Below, in pieces: positions 21,041 through 30,276 of a stretch of 64,000 nt of DNA. The notes under the pieces were generated by a model. The model was given only the letters and a program-made list of their open reading frames with translations, was not told the origin of the DNA and did no database searches. Made by a program: the position numbers and the translations under genes. Within the stretch, counting starts at the first letter, position 1. Every line of letters starts with the position of its first letter. The DNA comes from Deltaproteobacteria bacterium (GTDB lineage: Bacteria > Myxococcota_A > UBA9042 > PHBI01): the NCBI GenBank assembly GCA_011526585.1, contig WYBB01000133.1, positions 15-64,014 of the forward strand, given 5' to 3'.

Positions 21041-23143
21041 ATGTCCCAGTCCGAAGCCGCGGAATCAGCCCAGCAGTACTTCGAGGACGGCGTGAGCCTC
21101 GCGGTCGCCAGGCTCCATCGCAGGCGCCTCGCGCAGAAGGACGAGTCCGAGGAGCTGCTGGTCGAGCTCGATCGCAAGATCGGCGCGCTCCGCCAGCGCA
21201 TGCTGCGGCTCGAGCGCGAGCGCGACGATCTGCCGGTGCGTCGTTTGCGGCGTTTCGCGGGGCTCTCGGACTTCGAGCTCGAGGTGCTCTGGCTCGCGCT
21301 CGCCGGTCGCGTCGAGCCGATGGTGAGCGAGCTCGCCGCGGCGATCGCCGACGACAAGCAGCGCTTCTGGGTCTCGCCGGCGCTGTGCCTCGACGTGCTC
21401 CTCGACACGCGCCGCGATCGTTACCAGGCGCTCGAGGTCTTCGCCGACGACGCGCCGCTCGTGCGCCACGGGCTCGTCTCGGTCCTGCCGCGCGCCCCCG
21501 GCGCCCCGCGCGGGCTCTTCGACATGCTCGCGCCGGCGGGCTTCCTCGCCGGCTGGATGCAGCGGCGGCGGGTGGTCTCGGAGGCGGCGGCGCCGTTCAC
21601 GACGCGCGTGCCGCCGGCGATGACCCTCGACTTCGTCGCGCTCGGCGCCGATCATCGCCAGAGCCTGCGCGCCGCCATGCGCATGGTGCCGTGGGACGAG
21701 ACCCTGGCCGACCCGCGCCTGGGCGAGGCGGGCTTCGACTTCCAGCGCGGCGCCCTGGTCGTCTTGACCGGCCCGCGCGGCACCGGCAAGACGCTCGTCG
21801 CGCGGGCGCTGGCGGGCGAGGCCCGGCGTTTCGCCCTGGTCTGCGACGCGCAGGAGCTGGCGGCGCGCTCGGCCGACGAGATCGAGGCGGCGCTCGAGGC
21901 GCTGTGCGTCGAGGCCGGGCTGACCGGCGAGTGGCTCGTGCTCGACGGCGCCGATCGCCTCCTGTCCGAGCGCGCGGCCGGTGAGGCGAGCGGGCCCGAG
22001 CGGGCGATCTGGGCGCGTGTCAGGGCGCTCCTGCAGCGCCTGCCGATCGTGTGCATCGTCACGGCCGACAACCCCGGGCAGATCGCGGCGCCGCTGCGCG
22101 ATCGATCGTTCTTCCAGTTCGAGCTGCCGCCGCTCGGGCGCGAGCAGGCGGTGACCGCGTGGGCGATGAACCGGCCCGACCGCTTCGTGCCGAACGACGC
22201 GATCGACTTCCGCGCCGTCGCGCAGCGCCACGCGCTGACCGGCCGCGGCATCCAGGCGGCGGTCAACATGGTGCTGCGCGCGCGTGAGGGCATCGTCGCG
22301 CCCGAGACGCTCGAGGCCGCCTGCCTCGCGCAGCAGACCAGCGGCATGAGCGACGTCGCCCGCCGCGCCTGGGTGCATCGCAAGCGCTCGGATCTACAGC
22401 TCTCGCCGAACCTCGGGCGTCAGATCGACGAGATCATCCAGACCGAGAAGATCCGCGATCGCGTGCTCGACGAGTGGGGCCTCGCCCGGCGCATGGGCAA
22501 GGGCCTCGGCCTGGTCTGCCTCTTCGACGGCGAGCCGGGCACCGGCAAGACGCTCGCCTCCGAGGTGATCGCCTCCGAGCTCGGCCTGCCGCTCTTCGCC
22601 GTCAACGTCGCCAACGTCGTGTCGAAGTGGATCGGCGAGACCGAAAAGAACCTGCAGCGGATCTTCGACGACGCCTCGCGCAACCGCTGCGTGCTCCTCT
22701 TCGACGAGGCCGACGCGCTCTTCTCCAAGCGCATGAACGTCGAGCGCTCGGTCGATCGCCACGCCAACATGGAGGTCGGCCTCCTGCTCCAGCTCGTCGA
22801 GAACCACCGCGGGCTGGTCTTGCTCACGACCAACCTCAAGGACTCGATCGACCCGGCCTTCGCGCGCCGCTTCGCCTTCAAGCTCACCTTCGAGTTCCCC
22901 GACTCGGCGGTGCGCGCGCGCGTGTGGGAGACGCTCCTGCCGCCGGCGCAGCTCGCGGACGACGTCGACGTCGAGGAGCTCGGCGAGGAGTACGAGCTCT
23001 CCGGCGGCGCCATCCGCAACGTCGTCCTGCGCGCGGCCTATCGCGCGGCCGTCGACAACAAGCGCATCGATCAGCGCATCCTGTCCGAGTGCGCCTTGGC
23101 GGAATGCCGGGCCTTGGGCAAGCTCGTGCGCGAAGCGCGCTGA
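21041..23143 (+). CDS. Double AAA+ ATPase (degenerate first module, classical CDC48/FtsH-type second module)
   Basis: First module: LTGPRGTGKTLVARALA. Second module: FDGEPGTGKTLASEVIA...VLLFDEADALFSKR...LLTTN...FARRF. Confidence 0.9.
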   Translation: MSQSEAAESAQQYFEDGVSLAVARLHRRRLAQKDESEELLVELDRKIGALRQRMLRLERERDDLPVRRLRRFAGLSDFELEVLWLALAGRVEPMVSELAAAIADDKQRFWVSPALCLDVLLDTRRDRYQALEVFADDAPLVRHGLVSVLPRAPGAPRGLFDMLAPAGFLAGWMQRRRVVSEAAAPFTTRVPPAMTLDFVALGADHRQSLRAAMRMVPWDETLADPRLGEAGFDFQRGALVVLTGPRGTGKTLVARALAGEARRFALVCDAQELAARSADEIEAALEALCVEAGLTGEWLVLDGADRLLSERAAGEASGPERAIWARVRALLQRLPIVCIVTADNPGQIAAPLRDRSFFQFELPPLGREQAVTAWAMNRPDRFVPNDAIDFRAVAQRHALTGRGIQAAVNMVLRAREGIVAPETLEAACLAQQTSGMSDVARRAWVHRKRSDLQLSPNLGRQIDEIIQTEKIRDRVLDEWGLARRMGKGLGLVCLFDGEPGTGKTLASEVIASELGLPLFAVNVANVVSKWIGETEKNLQRIFDDASRNRCVLLFDEADALFSKRMNVERSVDRHANMEVGLLLQLVENHRGLVLLTTNLKDSIDPAFARRFAFKLTFEFPDSAVRARVWETLLPPAQLADDVDVEELGEEYELSGGAIRNVVLRAAYRAAVDNKRIDQRILSECALAECRALGKLVREAR

Positions 23144-23184
23144 GCGCCGCGCTCGCACCGAACCCGAACCAAGGTGTCCGCGCC

Positions 23185-24408
23185 ATGACCACCGCACCCC
23201 TGGAAGACCAGCTCGATCACCTCGCCCACCTCGCCGCGCAGGGTCACCTCGACCACGCACGCGCGCTGGCGGCCGAACGGCACGCGAGCACACCGCTCGA
23301 CCATCACCTCGCGCTCGCCTCGATCGCCGCCGCGCGCAACGATCTGGCCGGCCTCACCGAGCACGCGCTCGCGGCCAGCGCGATCGACCCCGAGCACCCG
23401 TTGGTCCTGCAGGCCCTGGCGATGCGCGCGCTGCTCGCCGGTGACGGCGAGACCGCCGAGCGCGAGGCGCGGCGCGCGCTCAACCGCGACGACTCGGTGC
23501 GCGCGAAGCGCGGCCTGGCCAACATCCTCCTGCGCGTGGGCAAGCTCGAGGACGCCGAGCGGCAGCTGCGCGAGGTGATCGCGCGCGTGCCCTCCGACGG
23601 GTATGCGCTCAAGCAGCTCGGCCGGATCCGGAGCCTGCGCGGCGACGAGGCGACGGCGCTCGCGTACTTCGGCAAGGCCTTCGCGGCGGCGCCCTGGGAC
23701 AAGGAGCCGGTCGATCTGGCGATCCAGCTCTACAAGGATGCGGGCTGGGCGATCGGCGCGCTCACGCTCTCGCGCGTCACGCGTGAGGGGGTGCACCCGC
23801 CCGAGGTCAAGGTGCTGCTCGACCTGATCGCGCTGATCCTGATGAACCGGATCGCGCCCGATCTGCCGGGGCGTGAGGCCTTCGACGCGACGCTGCCGGC
23901 GGTGCGCGGCCTGGTCGAGGAGTCGGAGGCGCTCTCGCCGCTGGCGCAATTGCGCGTGGCGCGCGCGCTCATCGACACCGAGCGGGCCGACCTGGCGCTG
24001 GCGATCCTCAAGCGTGTCGCCGGCGACGTCGCCAGCGTGCGCGAGCAGGCGGAATGGGGCTACGTCAAGGGGCTGGCCGAGGAGGCGCGCGGCGAGGAGA
24101 TGGCGGCGCTGGCGGCGTACGAGTCGGCGGTCGCGGCCGACGCGAGCGCGTGGGAGGCGGCGTGCAACGCGACCCACCTGGCGATGAAGTTCGGGCTGAT
24201 GGACCGCGCGGCGGCGGTGCTCAACCGCGTGCCGCCCGAGCTCAAGCGCGCGCGCCCGCAGCTCCTCTACAACGAGGCGGTCTTCTTCAAGAACATGGCG
24301 CGCTACGAGGAGGTGCGCACCTACGCGGCGTACCTGCGCGAGCACGCGGGCGGCATGATGGACGAGCTCATCGAAGAGCTCGAGCGCGACATTCCGGAGG
24401 GGTTCTGA
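23185..24408 (+). CDS. TPR-repeat protein
   Basis: The ATG at 23185 lies within the long ORF 22474..24408. Upstream of it that frame overlaps the AAA+ gene and looks non-coding. Helical Ala/Leu-rich repeats are present. Confidence 0.75.
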   Translation: MTTAPLEDQLDHLAHLAAQGHLDHARALAAERHASTPLDHHLALASIAAARNDLAGLTEHALAASAIDPEHPLVLQALAMRALLAGDGETAEREARRALNRDDSVRAKRGLANILLRVGKLEDAERQLREVIARVPSDGYALKQLGRIRSLRGDEATALAYFGKAFAAAPWDKEPVDLAIQLYKDAGWAIGALTLSRVTREGVHPPEVKVLLDLIALILMNRIAPDLPGREAFDATLPAVRGLVEESEALSPLAQLRVARALIDTERADLALAILKRVAGDVASVREQAEWGYVKGLAEEARGEEMAALAAYESAVAADASAWEAACNATHLAMKFGLMDRAAAVLNRVPPELKRARPQLLYNEAVFFKNMARYEEVRTYAAYLREHAGGMMDELIEELERDIPEGF

Positions 24409-24701
24409 TGGGCACGCGGGTCGAGCTCTCGTGGTACGAGAGCGCCTCGCTCGGCGAGGCGAAGGTGACGTTCGCGGGCAGCGCGCCCGTGCACTTCGGC
24501 AAGGACATCCCGCCCGAGGGCAGCGTGCTCTTCGACGTGACGCGCGGCGAGGCGAGCGAGCGCCTGACGCTGGTCGGCGAGGGTGACTTCGCGGCGACGC
24601 ACGAGGCGCTCGGGGTGCGCCTGCGTGTGCTCTCGCCCTACGCGCTCAAGCTGGCGACGGTCGAGCTCGAGCTCGACGAGATCGGCGAGGGGCACGGGTG
24701 A
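24408..24701 (+). CDS. Small hypothetical protein (97 aa), translationally coupled on both sides
   Basis: TGATG overlap with the TPR gene at 24406-24410. GTGA overlap with the next gene at 24698-24701. GC3 is high. Confidence 0.55.
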   Translation: MGTRVELSWYESASLGEAKVTFAGSAPVHFGKDIPPEGSVLFDVTRGEASERLTLVGEGDFAATHEALGVRLRVLSPYALKLATVELELDEIGEGHG

Positions 24702-25162
24702 GCGAAGCGACGGCCCAGGGCCGGGGAGGCAAGCGCGGCGTGGCGGTCTTCATGCTCGTGATCGGTCTGGTGGCGATCGGCGCGGCGTTCTTGCTCGGCA
24801 AGCGCGTGATCGCGATCGGCGGCTGGCCGACCGCCGACGCGACGGTGATCGAGCGCGGCGTCGGTCAGCCGGAGGGGCCGACCGGCGGCTCGCGCAACGC
24901 GCGCTTCGTGCCCAAGCTCAAGGTCGCCTTCGAGGTCGACGGAAAACGCTACGAGTCGACGGGGCGCGGGCCGGTGCAGGAGACGATGACCGCCGAGGAC
25001 GCCCGGGCCTGGGTCGACGCGGTGCCCGAGCACCCGACCGTGCACTACAACCCCGAAGATCCGAGCGAGGCCTACCTCGAGCCGGGCAGCCTGACCCTCG
25101 CGATCATCGCCGCGATCTTCGGGGTGCTCTTCGTCATCGGCGCCATCGCCTCCTGGCGCTGA
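24698..25162 (+). CDS. DUF3592-like membrane protein (TM, beta-rich loop, TM)
   Basis: N-terminal helix VAVFMLVIGLVAIGAAFLL and C-terminal helix LTLAIIAAIFGVLFVIGAIA flank ...KLKVAFEVDGKRYES... Confidence 0.7.
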   Translation: MSEATAQGRGGKRGVAVFMLVIGLVAIGAAFLLGKRVIAIGGWPTADATVIERGVGQPEGPTGGSRNARFVPKLKVAFEVDGKRYESTGRGPVQETMTAEDARAWVDAVPEHPTVHYNPEDPSEAYLEPGSLTLAIIAAIFGVLFVIGAIASWR

Positions 25163-25245
25163 GGGCCTTGTCGGGACCGCGGGCACGACTCGCCGTGCCG
25201 CTCCTCCCGGTTGACCCGAGCGAGGCACGGCGCCAAGCTCCCGCC

Positions 25246-26292
25246 ATGGCTCGATCGCACGCACCCCGCATCGTCTTCCTCGTGGGTCTCATCGTCGCGT
25301 TCGGCGCGTGCACCGACTCCAACGCGCCGCCCGCGGACACGCAGACGCCCGACACGCAAACGCCCGACACGACGACGCCCGACGCCGCGCCGGACGACGG
25401 CGAAGACGACACGAGCCCCGACACCGTGTCGGACACGGTCGACACCAGCGGGCCCGAGGTCGTCGTGCCATACGCGACCTACACGCTCGAGCTCGGCGGC
25501 TGGACGATGCAGCCCGGCGAGGAGACGACGCGCTGCATCATCACGCGCCTCGGCAACGCCGAGCGGATCTTCGTGCCGCGGATCCGCACGAACCTCGCGC
25601 GCGGCTCGCATCACTTCGTGATCTACCGCGCGTCGGATCAGGTCGAGCGCAAGGAGCCGTTCGAGTGCACGCCGTTCTCGGAGACGCTCGGCGGCCAGAC
25701 CGTGCCGCTCATGATCACGCAGACGCGCGAAGAGACCCTCGCGCTGCCGCCCGACGTCGCCTTCGAGCTCGAGGCCGATCAGATGATCCGCCTCGAGGCG
25801 CACTACCTCAACTACTACACCGAGCCGATCACCGCCGAGGCCGTCATCACGTTCGAGGCGCTGCCGCCGGACGCGACGCCGCTCGTCGCCGACTTCCTCT
25901 TCTACGGCATGACCTCGTTCTTCATCCCGGAGGGCCAGTCGGTGACGACGAACTGGCGCTACTACCCGGTGCCCGACGGCCTCCAGGTCTTCGCGCTCAC
26001 GGGTCACACCCACGCGCTCGGCACCAACGTCGAGGTCGAGGTCGCGAGCAACGCCTCGTCATCGACGGAGGTGGTCTACCCGCCACCGGGTGAGCCGTTC
26101 AAGTGGTCCGAGGCGCCGGTCGCGTTCTTCGATCCGCCGCTGTCCTTCTCCACCGGCGAGGGCTTCCGCTTCCGCTGCAGCTGGACCAATACGACCGATA
26201 GCGGCGTGGGCTTCGGCGAGAGCGCGCGCTCCGAGATGTGCTTCTTCTGGGCCTACTACTTCCCGTCGCGCGGCTTCATCTCCCGCTTCTGA
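25246..26292 (+). CDS. Lipoprotein with copper type-II ascorbate-dependent monooxygenase (PHM/DBH)-like domain
   Basis: The lipobox is VAFGAC. Motifs seen: GSHHFVIY (HH), LTGHTHALG (HxH), and SEMCFFWAYYFP, which resembles the PHM DEMCNLYIMYY Met ligand segment. Confidence 0.75.
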   Translation: MARSHAPRIVFLVGLIVAFGACTDSNAPPADTQTPDTQTPDTTTPDAAPDDGEDDTSPDTVSDTVDTSGPEVVVPYATYTLELGGWTMQPGEETTRCIITRLGNAERIFVPRIRTNLARGSHHFVIYRASDQVERKEPFECTPFSETLGGQTVPLMITQTREETLALPPDVAFELEADQMIRLEAHYLNYYTEPITAEAVITFEALPPDATPLVADFLFYGMTSFFIPEGQSVTTNWRYYPVPDGLQVFALTGHTHALGTNVEVEVASNASSSTEVVYPPPGEPFKWSEAPVAFFDPPLSFSTGEGFRFRCSWTNTTDSGVGFGESARSEMCFFWAYYFPSRGFISRF

Positions 26293-26356
26293 CTCAAGGG
26301 CGCCCCCGAGCCCCGCGCTGACCGAGCGAACTGACGCCGGCCCCGCGCGTTGCAGC

Positions 26357-26392
26357 CGCGAACTCAAGGCGTGTAGAACAATCGAGTTCGCG
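26357..26392. terminator. 9-bp inverted repeat (cgcgaactc...gagttcgcg) between convergent genes
   Basis: Read directly. The 18-nt loop is long and there is no U-tract. Confidence 0.3.
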
Positions 26393-26439
26393 AGCGAAAC
26401 GCGCGCGGCCAAGTCGGCTCTCGCCGAGGTGGGCGCTCG

Positions 26440-27105
26440 TCAGCCCTCCGGCGCGGCGCTCGGGCAGAGGTCGGCGAGGGTGCAGCGCGCGCACTCGGGG
26501 GAGCGGGCCTTGCAAACGTAGCGGCCGTGCAGGACGAGGCGGTGGCTGAGGTCGATCCAGCTCGAGCGCGGGAAGAGCTTCATGAGATCCTGCTCGATCT
26601 CGGTCGGATCGGTGGCGCGCGAGAGGTCGAGGCGGCCGGCGACGCGCGTGACGTGCGTGTCGACGACGACGCCGCTGGGGATGCGGTAGGCGGCGCCGAG
26701 CACGACGTTGGCGGTCTTGCGGCCGACGCCCGGCACGGTGACGAGGAGGTCGATCTCGGTCGGCACGACGCCGCCGAGCTCATCGTCGATCTTCCGGGCG
26801 GCGGCGACGATGGTCTTGGCCTTCTGACGGTAGAAGCCGCTGGACTTGACGACCTCCTCGACGTCGGCGAGGTCGGCGCGGGCGAGGTCGCGCGGCTCGG
26901 GCCAGCGGCTGAAGAGCACCGGCGTGATCGTGTTGATCATCTTGTCGGTGCTCTGCGCGGCGAGGATGGTCGCGACAAGGAGCTGCCAGGCCGAGGTGAA
27001 GTCGAGCTCGACGACCGGGTGGGGAATGGAGGCGGCGAGGCGCTGGTCGACGAGCGCGGCTCGGGCCTTGGCTCCGCGGGGAAGACGGGTGGGGGTTCGC
27101 GCCAT
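26440..27105 (-). CDS. nth: Endonuclease III (DNA glycosylase/AP lyase)
   Basis: HhH-GPD motif LVTVPGVGRKTANVVL and C-terminal 4Fe-4S cluster CKARSPECARCTLADLC. Confidence 0.95.
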   Translation of the reverse strand: MARTPTRLPRGAKARAALVDQRLAASIPHPVVELDFTSAWQLLVATILAAQSTDKMINTITPVLFSRWPEPRDLARADLADVEEVVKSSGFYRQKAKTIVAAARKIDDELGGVVPTEIDLLVTVPGVGRKTANVVLGAAYRIPSGVVVDTHVTRVAGRLDLSRATDPTEIEQDLMKLFPRSSWIDLSHRLVLHGRYVCKARSPECARCTLADLCPSAAPEG

Positions 27106-27212
27106 GGCGACCTTGTCGCGCGGTCGGAGCGCGGAGGCAAGCGCTCTGGCTCCGACCGCGGCAGGACCCGCGGGGATTCGCGCGCGTGCGGGCGCGCGCG
27201 GTGCGGGGCGGC

Positions 27213-28670
27213 TCAGGGACCCGAGCAGGTCTGGAGGGGCTCACCGAGACCGGCGCTCTCCATGCAGATGTCGGCGCTGATCATGCCGAGGCCGGTGATC
27301 TGCGCCGGCGCGAGGTAGAAGGTCTGCACCCCCTGGCCGTCATCGCTGTCGAGCGCGTGCTGGGTGCAGACGAGGCCGGCGTCGGAGGTCCAGAGCGGGA
27401 CGAGCTGGATGATCGACGGATAGACGGTGGCGTCGGCGGGGATGCCGGCGTCGGACGCGGTGAACTGCGCGACGAGCGTGCACCAGTTCCAGCAGGGTGC
27501 GCCGCTTCCGTCGTCGTTGCAGCCGCCGAGCTCCTGCTGCAGGGCGACGATCTGCGAGTAGTCGAAGCCGATCGCCTCGTTGAGGTAGACCTTGTTGTAG
27601 GAGTTGCCGAGCTCGTCGGTCAGCGCCTCGGTGCCGGAGTAGTTGGCGTTCTGGAAGAAGACGGCGCTGACGTCGGGCGCCGGGTCGAGCACCTCGAGCG
27701 TTCCGCCGGTGCCCGGGCCCCAGACGGTGAGGTTGTCCTGGTCCTGGTTGCCGTCGCCCGAGGCGGGGTCGAACTGCACGACGAGCTGGGTGTTGCCGCC
27801 GGAGCCGAGGGCGGCGAGGATGCTCAGGTACTCGACCAGGGTCGCGCCTTCGATCGGGGCGGTCTCGCCGTTGTGGCCGCAGACGATGGCGGTCTGCGAG
27901 ACGTGCAGGAAGGTCGCCGTGGCGTCGGCGCCCGCGGTGCAGGCGCGGCCGACGACGACGGTCTGGTCGCGACCGTTGCCGGCGCCCGGGTTGTGCAGGA
28001 GCTCGATCGGATCGGCGCCGGCCTCGTCGTAGGTGCAGTCGACCTTGGACGAGCAGAAGATGTCCTCGAAGTTCACGGCGATGTCGAAGAAGCCCTGGTT
28101 GGCGTCGCGCATGATCGTGAGGTTGAACTCGACGAGCACGTCCTCGTTCTCGAGGCACTCGTAGACGAGCTGGCAGGGGCCGTGGCCGTCGGCGTTGGGG
28201 CCGGCGACGTCGTCGCTGTCGGGGTCGACGGGCGAGCCGTCGAAGTAGCCGCCGCAGGGGTTGTCCCACTCGTCGTCGGCGATGGCGCCGGCGGTGAGGT
28301 CGGCCGGGTCGGCGGTCTGGGTGTAGAGGTTCTCGAGGGCGAGGGTGACGGTGTTGTGGGTGCCGGCGGTCTCGTCGTTGTCGGTGGCGTCGCAGGGCCC
28401 GATGTAGGTGATGGCGCCGAGGCCGTTGCCGAACTGGCTCGAGCAGACGTGCTCCTGGGACCAGACGAGGGCGCCGGCGTCGTTGTGGACTTCGAGGGTG
28501 TAGCAGGCGTCGAGGACGTTCGGGAGCGTCAAGGGTGAGACCGAGATCTCCATCTTGCGCCCGGGTTCGTCGGGGGTGGCCGAGTCGGCGCACGCGCCGA
28601 GGAGGCCGGCTGCGAGCGCGGCGCCTGTCAGACACGCGACGGCGGTCGCGCTGAACGAACGAATCTTCAT
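27213..28670 (-). CDS. Hypothetical Cys-containing lipoprotein
   Basis: MKIRSFSATAVACLTGAALAAGLLGAC lipobox. GC3 is high. No recognisable catalytic motif. Confidence 0.7.
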   Translation of the reverse strand: MKIRSFSATAVACLTGAALAAGLLGACADSATPDEPGRKMEISVSPLTLPNVLDACYTLEVHNDAGALVWSQEHVCSSQFGNGLGAITYIGPCDATDNDETAGTHNTVTLALENLYTQTADPADLTAGAIADDEWDNPCGGYFDGSPVDPDSDDVAGPNADGHGPCQLVYECLENEDVLVEFNLTIMRDANQGFFDIAVNFEDIFCSSKVDCTYDEAGADPIELLHNPGAGNGRDQTVVVGRACTAGADATATFLHVSQTAIVCGHNGETAPIEGATLVEYLSILAALGSGGNTQLVVQFDPASGDGNQDQDNLTVWGPGTGGTLEVLDPAPDVSAVFFQNANYSGTEALTDELGNSYNKVYLNEAIGFDYSQIVALQQELGGCNDDGSGAPCWNWCTLVAQFTASDAGIPADATVYPSIIQLVPLWTSDAGLVCTQHALDSDDGQGVQTFYLAPAQITGLGMISADICMESAGLGEPLQTCSGP

Positions 28671-28848
28671 CTCTTGTCCTCCGCAATGGACGGTGTGTGA
28701 ACGAGTGTCGTCGACATCGAGTGACGTGCGAGCCGCTCCGCAAGCGGCTGTGACACGACGCTAGTCCGTTCGGATCGGACGCTCAAGCGAACGACCGAAG
28801 AATGATCCTACACGGCGGCATGTGGTGGGGTGGCGCGCTGGCGGGGCG

Positions 28849-29424
28849 TCACGGACCGCCGGAGGCGACGAGGTAGACGACCGGGATGGCGAAGCCGGCG
28901 ACGACGTAGAGGCCGCGCCAACCGAGCACGCCCTGGCGCCCCTTGAGCATGAAGAGGCCGGAGACGGCGAGGAAGACGAGGCCGCCGGCGAAGAGGTCGG
29001 CGAAGATCGTCCAGGCGGCCTTGCCGCGGTTGAGGTGCAGCCAGTTCATCGCGCGAAGCAGCGGGCGCGGGCGCTGGCCCTCTTCGGCGATGGCGCCGGT
29101 GAGCGGGTTGACGTGCACGGTCGCGTGCTCGAGCGTGATGTCGAGGCGCTTGTCGCTGACGCGGTAGACGTCGGACGGGGTCTCGGAGATGCCGAGCTCG
29201 GCGAGGGCGCGGGCGGTGAGCGCCTGTTCGTCGCCGGTGAGCGCGGCGGGGTCGATGGTGATCGTGCGCGTGAACTGTTCGAAGCTCGGGTCCCAGGTGG
29301 CGACGTGGTTCACGGCGATCCCGGAGATCGCGTAGACTAGGGTGAGGCCGACGGCGAAGTAGCCGACGTCACGGTGGATGGCGCGCAGGATGCGGCGCCA
29401 GGGGAAGGCGCGGCCGTCGTTCAT
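28849..29424 (-). CDS. PepSY-associated TM helix protein
   Basis: The ATG at 29424 overlaps the upstream stop (ATGA). WRRILRAIHRDVGYFAVGLTLVYAISGIAVNH and the C-terminal helices are typical. The longer ORF extending to 30039 overlaps the neighbouring gene. Confidence 0.75.
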   Translation of the reverse strand: MNDGRAFPWRRILRAIHRDVGYFAVGLTLVYAISGIAVNHVATWDPSFEQFTRTITIDPAALTGDEQALTARALAELGISETPSDVYRVSDKRLDITLEHATVHVNPLTGAIAEEGQRPRPLLRAMNWLHLNRGKAAWTIFADLFAGGLVFLAVSGLFMLKGRQGVLGWRGLYVVAGFAIPVVYLVASGGP

Positions 29425-30191
29425 GAGTAGCGCTCTTCCTTCCAGGGATCGGCGTGGTTGTTGTACCCGCGCACCTCCCAGTAGCCGGGGGCGTCGCGCT
29501 CGACGAAGCGGATCCCGGTGAGCCACTTGGCGGACTTCCAGAAGTAGAGATCGGGCACGAGCGCGCGCACGGGGGCGCCGTGGGCGCGGGCGAGCGGCTG
29601 GCCGTCGAGCTCCCAGACGACCATGACGTTGGGGGCGAGGGCTTCGTCGAGGCGCACGTTGGCGGTGTAGCCGTGGGCGGCTTCGAAGATGACGTGGCGC
29701 GCGGTGGGTTTGGGGCGGGCGCGGGCGGCGAGATCGGCGAGGCCGACGCCGGTGAAGCGCGCGCCGAGGACCGACCAGGCCGTGACGCAGTGCACGTCGC
29801 TGAGCTGCTCGCGCACGCCGGGATGGGAGACGAGCTCCCGGAAGTCGAGGGTGTAAGGCGAGTCGACGGCGCCATGCACACGCAGCGTGAAGTTGCGCGG
29901 GGCGGGGTCGCCTTCTTCGCCACCCATCGGGCGCAGGCGCTCGATGACGCGTTGGCCGGGGGGCAGGCGCGGGCGGCCGTCGGGGCGGGTCTGGGCGCGG
30001 GCGGCGCGCGTGAGGGAGTTGTCGGAGAGGAGGTACCAACCGCCGAGCGCGGCGACGGCGGTGCCGGCGGCGGCGGTGAGGATGAAGCGGCGGCGGTCTT
30101 CGACCCTGGCTCGTTCGTCTTTGTCGATGGGCACGGCGGGGCTCCTCCTCTCGGGGTGCGGGTCGGGTGCGGCGATGGGACCGTGTGTCAC
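29421..30191 (-). CDS. Molybdopterin-dependent oxidoreductase (sulfite-oxidase/MsrP-like catalytic subunit) with Tat signal
   Basis: RRRFILTAAAGTAVAA twin-arginine motif, HCVTAWS, and YFWKSAKWLTGIRF. Confidence 0.85.
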   Translation of the reverse strand: MTHGPIAAPDPHPERRSPAVPIDKDERARVEDRRRFILTAAAGTAVAALGGWYLLSDNSLTRAARAQTRPDGRPRLPPGQRVIERLRPMGGEEGDPAPRNFTLRVHGAVDSPYTLDFRELVSHPGVREQLSDVHCVTAWSVLGARFTGVGLADLAARARPKPTARHVIFEAAHGYTANVRLDEALAPNVMVVWELDGQPLARAHGAPVRALVPDLYFWKSAKWLTGIRFVERDAPGYWEVRGYNNHADPWKEERYS

Positions 30192-30276
30192 CGATCGGCT
30201 ACGCGTGTCGGGTGCGAGCGGTTACCCTGGTGGCGCGAGGCTTGACGGTCCGGGCGGCAGCGGGCATGTCGCGGGC

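Noticed and set aside
12729-25162. Calling the region a contractile injection system or T6SS locus, on the basis of Hcp-like domains, DUF4157 and an AAA+ ATPase
   Set aside because: No sheath, baseplate, spike, tape-measure or TssB/C-like genes are present. The Hcp-like gene is separated from the DUF4157 operon by unrelated genes on mixed strands.
28849-30039. A 396-aa version of the PepSY-TM gene
   Set aside because: The extra 205 N-terminal residues are Arg/Pro-rich and overlap the Mo-oxidoreductase gene in another frame. The ATG at 29424 overlaps that gene's stop (ATGA) and begins the recognisable PepSY-TM sequence.
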